A stretch of 37,124 bases of DNA from Jimgerdemannia flammicorona (taxonomy: Eukaryota). The notes under the pieces are model-generated. The model saw nothing but the letters and a program-made list of their open reading frames with translations, was not told the DNA's origin and made no database searches. The stretch lies in assembly GCA_003990765.1 (NCBI GenBank), contig RBNJ01000195.1:1-37124 (forward strand), in the 5' to 3' direction. The number at the start of each line of letters is the position of its first letter. Position 1 is the stretch's first letter. Made by a program: the position numbers and the translations under genes. Below, one piece after another: positions 24,009 to 37,056 of the stretch.

Positions 24009-25500
24009 GTGACTAACAAGTATTCTGAGGTATGTACTGGGCAGGGTAGCTCTAGTGCATTCAACTGGCAGTATGTGGAGAGGGGCCCTGGCTTGGGGGG
24101 AAGCATGAGGGGCCTGCTAGTGGGTGAACATGGTAGGGGATGGGGTAGTACTGATAAACAGAAGACTGGAAGGGCAAGCTTTGTGGACAAGATGAAAGAA
24201 GGTCAGCAAGGAGCTGGACTAGAGAGTTGGCTGAGAAGAGACAAGAAGATGCCAAAGCCTATAGAGCAATAGCCTCAAGGGAGAGTCCTTCTGGAGGGCT
24301 AGGGTAGTGGAGCTGATGGTGTAGTGACTGAGGGGGTGACTACTAATGAGAGTATGAGTGGTAATTGGGAAAAAAATCTAGATGGAACTGCTGATAGTAG
24401 ACTGAGCAGTGAGAAAGGCATGAGGCCTAGTGATCTGGCTGATTGTATAATGCGACTAGTGGTAGCACCATTACTTAAGAAGTTAATCTCAGAATTCACA
24501 GTCACTCTATACTTCAGAGGCTTGGTAGTGATGGTAAAAATGGTCCTGGGGCTAATTGTAAAGCAGGTGGAAGGTGTGGTATCTGTTTAGTTCCTAAAGG
24601 GCCTTGAAGGAGTAGAGGTGGGCTTTGAGGAGGCAGGGCTACTGGAGGAGGTACTGAAGACTGGGTTGATAGTTGGGGAGATATAAGTCCTGATGATATG
24701 GTACTTGAGATGAGATCCCAGCAGCTCCTTTCTCTGCTACTTTACCAGTCACAAGGTTTGGTAGGTGACCTTCTGAGTCCCCTTTCCCCTATTATTACTC
24801 CCTCTACCTTGGGTTGGTTTGCTGTACCTGCATGGGCATAGTGGGAGGAGGGCAATGGTGATGAGTTGCTCCTTTATCGGTATTGGATCAGTGTCTTCTT
24901 CACTTTTTCATAGATTCTGGTACCTTTAGCTACATCTGGAGTATACCCATTTTGGTGTGGCACCTTCTTCCTTTTACTATCACCAACAAGGTATTGTCTC
25001 AGTATATCATAGGTTACATAGGGAGTCAGCTGACCTTGGGTATCAAGTGCCTAGTATAGATTACCTGCAGGTCCTTAGTATCTGTGGTGGGACTCTCTGG
25101 CTTTGGCAAGCTTCCTGGTGAGTGCGGTTCTAGTATAGGTGACTGTTTTTTGGGTGTTGTCAGGATGGGAGGGGAGATGGCCATCACAGATAGAAGGAAG
25201 AGCAATTACAGTAAACCAGTAGAGTGCCAGGCTGGGGACAGTCATTAGGGTTGGGGCAGGTGCTACTTCAGTGGGGCCTTTTGATTGGTACAGAGCAGTT
25301 AGGTAGTAGGTGTCACTCTCAGCTTCTTTTGGCAATTCAGCAGGTTGGGCCCCAGTCATTGAAAGGGATCAGGGGACCTGAGGCTATCCATTTCAGGTGT
25401 CTTTGCTGCACTCAACTGGAACCAGGAGCTGACACAGCAATGTGATTGAGGCCTGCAGGCTTGAGTAGTGGGGTATTGGGGGTCTCCTCCTGCCTCATAT
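24009..25500 (+). pseudogene. Degenerate LINE ORF1-like region A
   Basis: In-frame ORF pieces 24009-24272 and 24324-24590 continuing as GLEGVEVGFEEAGLLEEVLKTGLIVG (RRM-like); decayed Cys/His cluster near 24995-25050. Confidence 0.5.
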
Positions 25501-25658
25501 ATAAGTCCTCTACTCACCTCATCTGAGAGAACCAGGCCCTACCTACCATAATATACTTTGATAGGGATTTTTTCTTTGTCTGTTATTCTCTTTGGGGTGG
25601 CAGGAGCTATTCTATTTAGCTCGGATATAGTCTTGTATATACATTGGGATCTCAGGCA

Positions 25659-25714
25659 TATACTTTCAGTCATTTTTTTTTTTTTTTTTTTTTATAGTTA
25701 TACTTTCAGTCATT
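25659..25714 (-). mobile_element. Minimal LINE insertion: poly(A) + last ~6 nt of element, 16-bp TSD
   Basis: TATACTTTCAGTCATT at 25659-25674 and 25699-25714 flanking a T run + ATAGT; reverse complement AACTATA(A)n equals the LINE 3' end. Confidence 0.85.
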
Positions 25715-25719
25715 AGCAT

Positions 25720-27231
25720 ATGGCTGGGTTCTCTCTGATGATAGGGAGAGCATGGTGTGCAGAATGAGATGTGGGCCAACATAGGTCCTACTGCATCTGA
25801 CATGGTCAAGCTGCTGGACAATAGCTAGTCTGAGTTAATGAGAGAGCAGTGCTTGATGGGTAGTGGGAGAGGGTTTTGGCCTATATAGTCTAGGTTCTCT
25901 TTCAATAAAAATCCATGGGACTCTGAGGCCATAAAAAAAAAAAAAAAAAAGAGATAAGATCCCAGGATGGTGCAGCTTCTGGTGAAGAGAGTGTCTATGG
26001 TGACTGCTATAGAGATAAGGAGGAGAGTAGAGGAGATCATAATTGAGTATGGGGAAGTAGTCAATATAGGGTTTAGGGTCTGGGAAGAGACCACTTCCAG
26101 ACAAGAGATATTGATGTCCAGATTTACCTGGCAGGAAGAGAGACTACTGGTAAGATATATGATTGGCCTTTAGTGATGATGTGGAGAGCCTTTGTGTATA
26201 AGGTGACAAGGGTAAAGGGGAGTGAGGAGGAGGAAGAGGACCTGTTGAAGATGCTGGAGCTGAGTGATACAGTGAAGTGGAGGGCAAAGGCCTGGAAGAT
26301 ATATGTGGAGTTGACACTCTTAGAGATTATTGATGAGAGATGAGTCCATATTGACAAGGGACTGTGGGAGAGATCCCAAGGTCACAGAAGGCAGAGGAAG
26401 TTGCTGGCAAGGCTGGAGGTAAAGAAGATGAGAGTTGCTGATAGTAGTGAGAATACTGGAGGAGCTTTGGCAAATGTCTGGGCTAGTGGGCAAGAGGAGA
26501 ATATAGAGGTGGGTCTGGAGGAGACCAGTAGGGCACTGAGTGAGAACCAATATGAGAATAGTAGGTTTGAAGTCTGGGAGCAGTCTCCTACTCCTACCCC
26601 TCTTATTAGGTAGAGACCAGCTGTGAGGGGTCAAGTGGCAGAGGATGTGTCTATGTGTGGTGCCCAGCAGGTATATTTTGGGATTCCTGAGATATCAAAA
26701 GGAGGATAAGTGGTGGCAGTTGGCAAGAAGGAACTGGTGGATGTTCTGGAGGAGGGGTAGAATGAGGCTGCAAGTGTGGGAGAAGATATCTCAATACTGA
26801 GTGGAGGGCAGTCTGTGACCCCTGGGGAGAAGGAAGTAGAGAATCTACTGTGGATATGCTGGATAATGAATAACCTTGCAGCTGAGGAACTGGAAGAAGT
26901 GGACCTGAGAGTGATGAGTGATGAGCATTGGGCAAGGATCCTGTATAGTGATAAAGTGGTGGAGGCATTGAGGACAAAGGTACTGGTAGTTTTCCTGAAG
27001 GAGAAGGAATATGAGAGGGAGACTGAGCTGGCAGTTGTTGCTGGTGAGTGGGCCACCTACTGCTGGGAAAAGCATCATGGTTTGCAGTTCTGGCAGGAGA
27101 CCTGTCTGAAGTATCATAAGGATTTTGAGGAAAAGGAGGATGGGGAAATAGCTGAGCTACTGGAGAGATTGGAGACTAAGAGGACTAAAGAGAAGGAGGT
27201 GTCTGGGAAATATAACCTGGACTTGGCATAG
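25720..27231 (+). pseudogene. Degenerate LINE ORF1-like region B
   Basis: ORF pieces 25967-26173 (VQLLVKRVS...IEYGEVVNIGF, RRM-like), 26401-26613, 26776-27231 directly upstream of ORF2. Confidence 0.5.
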
Positions 27232-27286
27232 GAGGTGATGACTATAGAGCAGTAGAGGATGTGCTTTCAATTTCACAATATTTCTT

Positions 27287-28901
27287 ATGAATAGTACAAC
27301 TAATATTTTTTCTCTCAATATGAATGGGTTATGGGATTCATTTCAGTATCAGAATATTTTTGCTTGGCTGAAGGGACTGGAGGTCAATCTCTTTCTTTTG
27401 CAGGATGTCAGATGTGAGGATGATATACATATATAGACTGAATGGACTAAGGAATAGAGAAAAGAGGCTGTATGGAAAGACAAAGTAGAGATTCTGGTCT
27501 AGGCAGAGGAGAGATTCAAGAGGTGAGGAGCTGCAGAGATAGGCTGGTTTGGAGAGAGTAGATTCAAGCTGGTTGGGAGCCAGTTACAGTAGGGTCTTGC
27601 TACTGTTATGCTGTACAGAGGGAGTATGTGGCCTGGGTGAAGAGTTTCTAAGAGAGTGGGGCCATTATAGAGACTGGAGTAGATATGCTTGGCAGGGACT
27701 TCAATATGGTTCAAGATATATTGGTGGATAGAACTGATGGAGGATGGGGAGCTGAGGGTAGGAGTGGAGGTCTGAAGGTATGAGAGAAAGTGGAGAGACT
27801 GAGTGTACTGGTGGATGCTAGTAGGGGATTTTGGAGTGATAGGAGAGTTTACATGCACTGGGTCAGAGGTCTGGGGACAAGGATTGATTGGGTTTTAACA
27901 GCAGACTACTGGGGTTTGGATATCTGAAAATCACTGGAGGTTGAATAGTATCTGTAGTCTGATTATTGGAGGTTGTTGGAACAGGGACATTTTGGGGGGA
28001 GGGGGGATGGGCCTGGATATTGGTACCTCAATTCCTCTTTATTGGACAATAAGGAGCTGTAGGACAAGTGAGCTATAGACACTCAGCAGAGAGTGGAGGG
28101 ATGGGTACAAGAGGGGGCCTCTATGAGTGTTAGGTAGATATGGCTGAAGGAGGCTACTAGAGTTTATTGGAGAGAGGCTGGCAAGATAACTGGCAGACAG
28201 AGGAGGGGATGAGTGGTGTGGGCTTCTGTTAGACTGGCTTGGCTTCTAAAGAAGGGGGCTGGGTTGTTGGCCCTAGAGGAGGGAGAGAGCTGGAGATTGT
28301 TGTGGGTGCAGAAGGAGGTTGAGGAGCTATAACTGGTAATAAGAGAGGAGGAGAAGGCACAAGTGCAGAGTCTGGCAGTATAGTTGTATTGGCAAGAACT
28401 GAAGGAAGAGAAGAGGTCCTCTAAGTTCCTTATGAGGACTCTTTGGGCAAGAAGAGTTCAGCAGAGATAGAAGGGGGTATTGGATGCTGATAGTCATCTG
28501 GTGCACAGTATATAAGATATTCTTGAATTGTTAAAGGAGAGGTGGAGTGGTCGGTGAAGTGAGGAGGAGGGAGAGGCTGATGATACTGCCATTGACCATA
28601 TTTTGGAGGATTAGTACCTACCACAGATAGAAGTACTGAGCAGCCTGGTGTTGCTGGTATGGAAGAATGAGATTTGCCAGGTTCTTGTCACAACTATACT
28701 GGGTATAGTACCAGGGGAGGATGGCTTGCCCTGGGACTTTTGAAAGAAGATAGTGGGAATCCCTAGTATACTAGAAGAGCTGATGGTAATGTGTGACTTG
28801 GTGCTATAGTCAGGGAGATGGGTAGGTGAGTAAGATCTAGAGCTGGTGGCACTACTCTATAAGAATAAAGGCAGAAGAGAGGACTAGAGGAACTGGTAGC
28901 C
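27287..28901 (+). pseudogene. LINE ORF2 5' part (APE endonuclease, linker, start of RT)
   Basis: IFSLNMNGL, LLQD, AGDFN, RIDWV, SDY(H), GYWYLNSSLL, PGEDGLP, LLYKNKG...NW*P. Confidence 0.88.
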
Positions 28902-29369
28902 TATAATGGTTCTAGTTTCTTTAGGAGAAAGTAGATAAATCTGAAAGTTCTAGTTAGCCTAAAGTAGTTCAAAGAGATACTTAAAGGTTCAAGTATTCTT
29001 GAAGGATTTCTGGGAGAAAATATTCTGAGCTTTATTTAGATAGAGAATAAGGATATTTATATATGATCTGAAAGAAAGATCTGGAAGGATCTTAGAAAGA
29101 AAGAGAAATACCAAGAAATAGGTTTTCAGCAAAGCTGACTAATACTATTCTACAATGTTCTGAAAGGTTCCATGACTAGCTAAGACAAGATACTTGGTAT
29201 TAAGGAAAGACAAGAATATTCTAGTGGTGTCTGGACACTGAGAGAAGGTTTCTAAGCAAGTAGAAGGTGACAGAACATACATAGTAGAATGTTCATAAAA
29301 TGACAAAAAAAGACTAACTAAAAGATACAAAAATATACTAAGACTAAATATAACTATGAAATTGTTACA
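28902..29369 (-). repeat. 3' LTR of Gypsy-B
   Basis: Direct repeat of 34551-35014; preceded on minus by PPT AAGGAGGGAGAGA (29370-29382). Confidence 0.95.
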
Positions 29370-29699
29370 TCTCTCCCTCCTTAAGAACCAATATCCTCAT
29401 TGAGTTCTTAGATAATACAAGACTAGATACTTAACCAAAATTTCTCAAACTTGTATCAGTGTATTGGCAGGGATTGGCCATCCTTATATAGGGCAGAGGG
29501 CCTATTATCAGACTAACCAACTAGGAGGAGTTCAAACCCAGCTAGTAGCTTCATTTCAGTGAACTTTTTGTTCATTAAATATTCTGCTAGTTCCAGGGTC
29601 CCAAAGTAAACTTCCAATACATAAGACACTGGTTATTGCTATAGGTCATCAACAATCCAAGAAAGTCACTATAGAGATTGAGCAATACATTTTACCTCA

Positions 29700-32600
29700 A
29701 AGTCTTGAACTAGATCTTAAGAGTTCTTAAGGTGGATCAGTGGTTTCCAGATAGTATCATATTCAGGATAACCCATCCACTTGACTAGATATTTAGGATG
29801 GCAGTAGCAGATTCATTTGTCAAGGATTTTCTCAGCTTTATACTCAATATGGTCTTCAATAATCACAGGGACAGAAGGCTTAAGAATTCCACCAGGATAG
29901 GGTAGTGACTGGTTCCAGGTCTTGAGATGTGACATATGAAAGACTGGGTGTATTCTCATGATTTCAGATAGCTTAAGGCAGTAGGAGGATACAGAGATCT
30001 GTTCAGTGATCTTGAAAGATCTGATATACTTGGGTTGGAACTTGTTCAAAGGGCAGTTGACTTGAGATTGTATCTTGAGGTTCTTAGTAGACAGTAGGAC
30101 TTAATCTCTAATAGTGTAAGTGACATCATGGCATTTCTTGTCAGCATACTTAGCTTGATGCTGTTGAGTCTTCTGAAGATATACAGTAGCAATCTTGAGT
30201 AGTTTGTCTATTTTGTCTATAAGGTTCTTAGTAGTTAGGACTTATATTTGACTGGTTTTCTTGAAAGGGAACAGACTTGCAGGGATCTCAAGATCTTGAC
30301 TATAGAGTAACTGGAAAGGGGAAAGACCAGTAGATGATTGGATAGCATTATTGTATACAAACTCTGCATAAGTCAGGTGGATGTCTCAATCATCTTGCTT
30401 ATAAGAAACATAGTTTCTAAGCATTTGTTCTAGAGTTCTGTTCATGTGCTCAGTTTGTCTATCAGTTTGTAGGTAAAAGGTAGTAGATATAGCCAATTGG
30501 GTTCCCAGAGTCTTAAAGAGGGTTTGCCAGAAGTGACTGGTGAACTTAGAGTCACAATCACTAACAATTACTTGTGGTAGACCATAGTGATGGAAGATGA
30601 ACTTGAAAAAGATTCTTGCAATCTCAGGTGTGGTAGCATTGGTAGTAGTTGGTTCAGCAATCATAGTCTTAGTCAGGTGGTCAATGAATACAATGATAGC
30701 ATCAGCACCAGATTGAGTTCATAGTAGTTGAGTTACAAAGTTCATAGTGACTTGTTTGAACTTCTTGATAGAAATTGGTAGTGGCTGTAGTAAACTGGCA
30801 GATACTTGGTTGGTAGACTTGTTATACTAACATAGATCACAGCTGGCAATATAGCTTGATTTCCTTGACCATGTTTGGCCAATAGTAGTGGTGTTAGATA
30901 TTCTTGACAGTCTTCTCAATTTCCAGATAACTGGCAAGAGGAGAGTCATAGTGTTCTTATAAAACCTTATAGTATAGATTCATATTTTCAGATAGGTAGA
31001 CTTGATCTTGATAATAGATCAGGTTGTTCTCAACAATATATATATCCTTGAGTTTATTTGAAAAAACTCTAGTGGCAACTGTGTCTTCTTTGTAAGCTTG
31101 CCTGATTTGGTCTAGAAATTCTGATGCCAAGGTGACTTGTATGATTGTGGCAAGGTCTGAGTATCTTGATAAGGCATCTGGTACTATAAGTATCTTACCA
31201 GACTCATAGATGATCATCAGATTGAAGGTTTGAAGCTTGAGGCTCCACTTGGCTTATATATTTGACAGAGTAGGTTAGGTGTTGATGTACTTGAGGGATT
31301 GATAATTAGTAATAACATCAAACTCAACACCTTCTAGATAGCATCACCAGTAGTCTAGTATATATATTATTGCTAGTAGTTCCTTCTTGTGAGTAGCTAG
31401 CTTTTATTCAGGTGGGGCCAGCTTACAGGAATCAAAAGTAATAGGGAAATGTTCTTTACCATCATCTTATGATAGGACTGCTCTAATGGCAAAATTCAAT
31501 GCATCAGTAGTGACCATAAATTTTAGGCCTTGATCTGCATTATATAGGAATGGAGTATAGATCAGGTAGTTCTTGAGTTCTTGAAAGGCTTGTTGACAAA
31601 AGAGGTCCCAGGTATAGGGTACATAGTGGTCTGAGTGCGGAGCCTTCCTCATGAGATTAGTCAGTGGTTCAGCAATAATAGAGAAGTTTCTGACAAAGCA
31701 GTAGTAATAGCCAGCTAGACCAAGGAAGGATTAGAGTTCTGTGAGGTTTGACAGAATGGGACATTCTTCAATTGCTTCTATCTTATATGGGTCTACTTGA
31801 ATTCCTTGTGCAGAGACAATATGACCAAGGTATTTGACTTGTTCTTTGAAGAATTCATACTTCTTGAGCTTGGTGTAAAGCTTGTATTTTCATAGAATCT
31901 CCAGGACTATTTGAATATATTTGAGATGTTCTTCTTTAGTTGTACTAAAGATCAGGATGTTGTCAAGATATACCAATAGGAAAATAAATAGTTGGTCCTT
32001 GAATATCTTGTTCATCAGGGTCTGGAATGTGGTGGGTACATTGATGAGACCAAATGCTAAGACCAGAAATTCATAAAGTCTAAAGAGAGTTATGAATGCA
32101 GTCTTGGGAATGTCTTCTGGCTTGATTTGAATCTGGTGGTATTCTGACATAAGGTCTAACTTGGTGAAGTACTTAGTATTCTTGAGAGCATCAAAGATTT
32201 GATCAATCAAGGGTAGTGGATAGCAGTTCTTAACAGTGAGTTTATTGAGTGTATAATAGTCTATATATATTTGCAGAGTACCATCCTTCTTCTTGATGAA
32301 TAAGACTGGTGAGCCATAAGGAGATTTGCTTGGCTGGATGGCTCCTCATATAAGTAGTTCTTCTAGTTCCTTCTTGACTGCTTCAATTTCAAGTGGTGAT
32401 ATATAGTACATGTATTTCTTGGGTAGCAAAGCTCCTGGGGTCAGTTTGATTTCATGATCAACTTCTCATGTAGGTGGTAGACCAGGTAGCTTGTCTGAAA
32501 AGACATCCTTGAATTCTTCTAGTAGTAGCTTGATGCTTTCATTGACTGATAGTCTCTTGTCTTGTTTCTTGGGGTGGATCATTACAATAAAGACATACAT

Positions 32601-34460
32601 TGTCTTCTTGAGTGCTTTCTTGTACTGTATAGCTGACAGTGTTGCAATCTGGGTCTTGCTCATAGTCTTGTCTGTCTTGATTGTAATGTTGGCTCTATCT
32701 TGAAGTAAGGTAACTTCATTCTTGTACCAATCAATGTCTGAGTTGTGTTTCATAAGCCAGGGTTTTCCTAAGATCAGGTTATGATCTCCTAGTAGTGCAA
32801 CTTCAAAGTCTACTCATTCCCAATATTTCTAGATCTTAATGGACAGTTTGGTAGCAATTGACTCAATGGGGTGTAGAGTACCATCTGCAGTAACTATATT
32901 ATTATTCTTGGGTGCAGGCTTGGTGAGAATCTTGAGGCTTTTGATGAGATTCTGATTGATGAAGTTCTCTGCAGCTCTGCTGTCTATGAGTACTTGAACT
33001 TCTTTTTCTTTGACTAGGCCTTTGAAGATGAGCATAGCTTGAGCTCAATTTTCACTAAGACTTGCTACTTGATCAGTGCTGTCAAAACCCTTTTGATCTC
33101 ATTTGGTTTCAGAGAGTTCTTGGACTTCTGTAATCTTGAGTTAACTGGCTTTTTCTAGGATCATTTGCATGACTTGGTCTCCTTCTTTAACTGTGTAGTC
33201 TTGATCCTTCTGGTTGACAAGCAAGACTTGAACTTATTCTCAAAAGTCTGGGTCAATGATACCAGCACCTATATCTAAATGATATTTGATACTGAGTCCT
33301 GATCATGGTGCAATTCTAGCATAATGTTCTTCAGGATATTGAACTACAATTCCAGTAGACACCAGAGTATGGCCCTTGGCTAGAATAGTGACTTGTTTGA
33401 CTGAGTGTAGGTCAAGGCCAATGACTCCTTTTGTTTGATATTGAGAGACCTGGGCCTTCAGATGAAGCTTCTTGATCTTAAGCTTAAGTTGACTGGTAGT
33501 GGGATTGATAGGTGTGTCCTTAGACAATACAATGACTGGTCTTGAGAGATTGCTAGTCTTTCTAGGACATTTGGTTGCAATGTGTCCTATTTGGTAATAG
33601 AAGAAATAGACTTCAGATTTCTTCAGATGGTCCTTTTCTTCAGGAGTGAGCTTGGTGTTCTTTTTGTTCATAGTGTTTAAGTCCATTAGTGCTAGGCCAA
33701 CTGTCCTTGGTTGGTTTCTATCACAATTCTCAAAGTGGTTCTTCTTGTGGTATTCTGGTTTGAAGCAGTTACCAAAGGTGATGATATCAAATCTATTAGT
33801 GATTCTCATGGCTTCATTAAGAGTTTTGGGCTCTTCTAGTTCAACCTTGACTCATATGTTTTCCTTCAGACCTCAGACATAGTGGTCTATCTTTTCATTC
33901 TCAGATACTGCTGGTAGCTTAAGTAAGATTGATAAGAATTGTATATTATAGTTTTATATAAACTTGAGTTATCTGATGTTTGCTAGCTTGTCCCTGGCTA
34001 GCTTGGTGGCATTAGCAGACTTGAACTGCTTGTGAAGGACTCTCTTGAAAGCTTCCCAATCTCTGATTTGTGTATATGAGTATACAGATATAACCATAAT
34101 ATAATTACACCACCAGATGGCTACATTTTCTTGGAGAAGTGTGGCAGCAAATTAGACTTACATATCATCTTCCATTCTTGTGAGTTCAAAGTATTGGTCC
34201 AACTAGAAGGTCTATACATCTGTAGATAGTCCTCCTCTATAGCTGTCAAAGGTATCTGGCTTGAGTGGCTTAAAACTAACTAGTGCTATGATAGAATGTG
34301 ATGTATCCACAGTTTGTGTTTTCTGATATTCTAGTTGTACTTGAAGTTCTTGAATTTGGTGGGTCATAGCATTGATCATATCTTCTATGTTGAGCTGTGA
34401 TCCTCCTGCTTCTTCTGTAGCAGAGGGGTCTGGCTGGTAGACTGACTCTTCGTGGCTCAT
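29700..34460 (-). pseudogene. Gypsy-B gag-pol polyprotein (gag, CCHC, dUTPase, PR, RT, RH, IN, chromodomain)
   Basis: KPLKPDTFD, MDLN, GHIATKCP, LIDSRAAENFI, AFGLINVP, VYLDN, TDALNFAI, IVSDCDSKF, QTDRQTEHMN, IHPVFHMSHLK, EYKAEKILD...YLVKWMGYP. Confidence 0.93.
33075..33490 (-). pseudogene. dut: Gypsy-B dUTPase domain (between NC and PR)
   Basis: GLDLHS, VSTGI, IAP*SGL, AGIIDPDF, EGDQVMQ, decayed GF(D/G)ST. Confidence 0.88.
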
Positions 34461-34534
34461 TTCAGATTCATGTGACTAGTTGTGACTAGTTTCTGAATTT
34501 GTGTGAGGTTTCTTAATAAGATAAGGTATAACAA

Positions 34535-34548
34535 CACCACTGCTACCA
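34535..34548 (-). promoter_or_regulatory. PBS of Gypsy-B, initiator tRNA-Met type (TGGTAGCAGTGGTG)
   Basis: 2 nt inside the 5' LTR; TGGTAGC matches iMet-primed elements such as Ty1/Ty3. Confidence 0.8.
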
Positions 34549-34550
34549 AG

Positions 34551-35014
34551 TGTAATGGTTCTAATTTCTTTAAGAGAAAGCAGCTAAATCTGGAAGTTCT
34601 AGTTGGCCTAAAGTAGCTCAAAGAGATACTTAAAGGTTCAAGTATTCTTGAAGGATTTCTGAAAGAAAATATTCTGAGCTTTATTCAGATAGAGAATAAG
34701 GATATTTATACATGATCTGAAAGAAAGATCTGGAAGGATCTTGGAAAGAAAGAGAAATGCCAAGAAATAGATTCTCAACAAAGCTGACTAATACTATTCT
34801 ACAATGTTCGGAAAGGTTCCATGACTAGCTAAGACAAGATACTTGGCATCAAGGAAAGACAAGAATATTCTAGTGGTGTCTGGGCACTGAGAGAAGGTTT
34901 TCAAGCAAGTAGAAGGTGACAGAACATAGTAGAATGTTTAAAAAATAACAAGAAAAGACTAACTAAAACATACAAAAATGTATTAAAACTAAATATGACT
35001 GTGAATTTGTTACA
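34551..35014 (-). repeat. 5' LTR of Gypsy-B
   Basis: TGTAA...TTACA termini; direct repeat of 28902-29369. Confidence 0.95.
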
Positions 35015-35019
35015 CAGCC

Positions 35020-37056
35020 AATTATACTACTGGATATAGACAGAAAGTTGGTTACTAAGTTAGTGGTAGCAAGGTTGTAGAAGGTGGCCCAGCAGGTATT
35101 GGGGTAGGAGCAGCAGGGCTTCATAAGTAGCTAGCTCATTAGAGATAGCACAGCTTGGGTATATGGTATTATTGAGGAGGCACAAGCCTGTGGACTAGAT
35201 GGGTGCCTGGTTTTTCTGGATTAAGAGAAGGCATATGACTATGTTTGGTTGGTCTGGTTGGCAAAGGTACTGGATAGTATTGGCATCTCTCAGTAGTTCC
35301 AAGTAGTAATGATCAGTCTACTGAAAGGGAGTAGAGCAGTACTCATATATAATGGATACTGAGAGAGGGCTTTTCCTCTAGGTAGGGGAGTTCCCCAAGG
35401 GGACCCATTGTCTCCCATTTTGTATATACTCTCATTGGAGCTATTGATGGATAGGATTTGGTAGAAGATCATAGGGCTCTCAGTATTGGGCATTGGATGG
35501 AAGGTTGAAGCCTTTGCAGATGATATGGTGGTTAGCCTGGAATTAATTGCTGATGTGAAAGAACTCAAGGCAATAGTAAAGTGGTATGAGGTATATTCTG
35601 GGGCTAAACTCAATTAACATAAGAGTGAGATGATGGTGTTAGATAATGATCTGGTGAGAGGGGATGTCATTGGAACAATTGTCCCTACTGGGGAGGTAGT
35701 GAGATATCTAGATATTTATCTCTCAGTATATGGGTCAGTCTTACTAAGAACTTGGTGGAAGCAGTGAGTTGTAATCTGAGGAGAGGCTCTGTAAAGTTGG
35801 GGTGGCTGCCATTTGTCTCTTACAGGGCATGTTTCTATTTTGAATGTTTACTGGTTACTGGAGCTGTGGTATTTAGCTTATCATCTGGACTTCTCAGCTT
35901 AGGTGGTGAAGAGATTATTGAAACTAAATAAGGGTTAGATCTGGGCTGGGAGGAGAAGTCAGATCAGTTGGAAAATCTTATCTTTACTAGTTGCTAGAGG
36001 AGGTCTGGAGCTGGTTGACTTTCTGAAGAGGCTGTACTGCTTGAGAGCATGGTGGCTAAAGAGAGCAGTAGAGCTGAGAGACAGTAGCTGGGTTTCTCTG
36101 ATGAAGAGAGTCCGGGAGATGAAGTCCTCACCAAGAGGCTCTATAGGTGATCTACTGTCCTTGGTCAGACTTCAGAACAATAGTCACATATAGTATAAGG
36201 GATTCTGGTGGCAGGTTGTAGATGAGGCATACTATATTGGAATTTACTGGCAAGAAGATGAAGGGGAGATACCTTGGAGTCTTATAATATAGAGATAGGA
36301 CTATATATTGTTGGGGGGTATCTTATTACTCAACTTCAATATTAGTGATAGGGTCAAGTGTCAGAGGGGGTTAGGACAGGATTTGTGGCCTGGCAGATGG
36401 CAGTAGACAGGTATCAGAGAGGAATAGAACTGGAATGGGGTTTGGGCCTAGAGTGCTGAGGTCAGACAGTGGTTATCACCAAAGTACTGAGTGGTCTGGT
36501 GATACATATTGTAGAGGAATATCATGCTCAACTTTTGCTCAGACCACCTAGTTGAGGGGGGAAGTTTTGACTGTAAGGAGTGCTATAATGTAGAACAGAA
36601 AGGGAGTTTTATGCAGATACTTGAATATTAGCTAAGAGAGTGTAAGGTGCTTAGTAACTTCTAATTAATAATTGAGTATTGATTGAGTATAGGGTGGGAG
36701 TTGAAGTGAGGGCTGATGGGAGAACTTGTGAGACAAATTGGTGGGGGGGGGTTGAGACAGAGTGGCTCACTTTAGGTTAGATTATAGCTATATGGGTGAG
36801 GTTGGTGGGTTACTGATTGTTTGTTTTTGAGGATAGGAGGAGTCTAGAATTGAGGACACAGTTGCTGAGATGAGAAAGGCTGATAGAGGATATCTTGATG
36901 GACTGGTGGCTTAGTTGGGGCCTGTAGAGTGGTCAGCAATATAGTTTAATAGAGAAAATCTATAGACAGAGTGGGAAGAGAGTTGGGGTAATGGGGGATA
37001 GAGTGTCTTTTAAGTATAAAGGAATAGGGGGAAGCTCCCCTAGGGGGATTGGATAG
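35020..37056 (+). pseudogene. LINE ORF2 3' part (RT and C-terminal zinc finger)
   Basis: IILLDID, QQGF, LD*EKAYD, GVPQGDPLSP, AFADD, SGAKLN, GGLELVD, DCKEC, ends SPRGIG*. Confidence 0.93.

Larger units (their letters stand above)
28902..35014 (-). mobile_element. Complete chromovirus-type Ty3/Gypsy element 'Gypsy-B' nested in LINE RT
   Basis: Two ~465-bp LTRs, TSD TAGCC (28897-28901)/CAGCC (35015-35019), PBS, PPT, gag-dUTPase-PR-RT-RH-IN-chromodomain. Confidence 0.96.

Noticed and set aside
25933..25950. A18 run as another retro-insertion
   Set aside because: No flanking TSD seen; likely homopolymer expansion.
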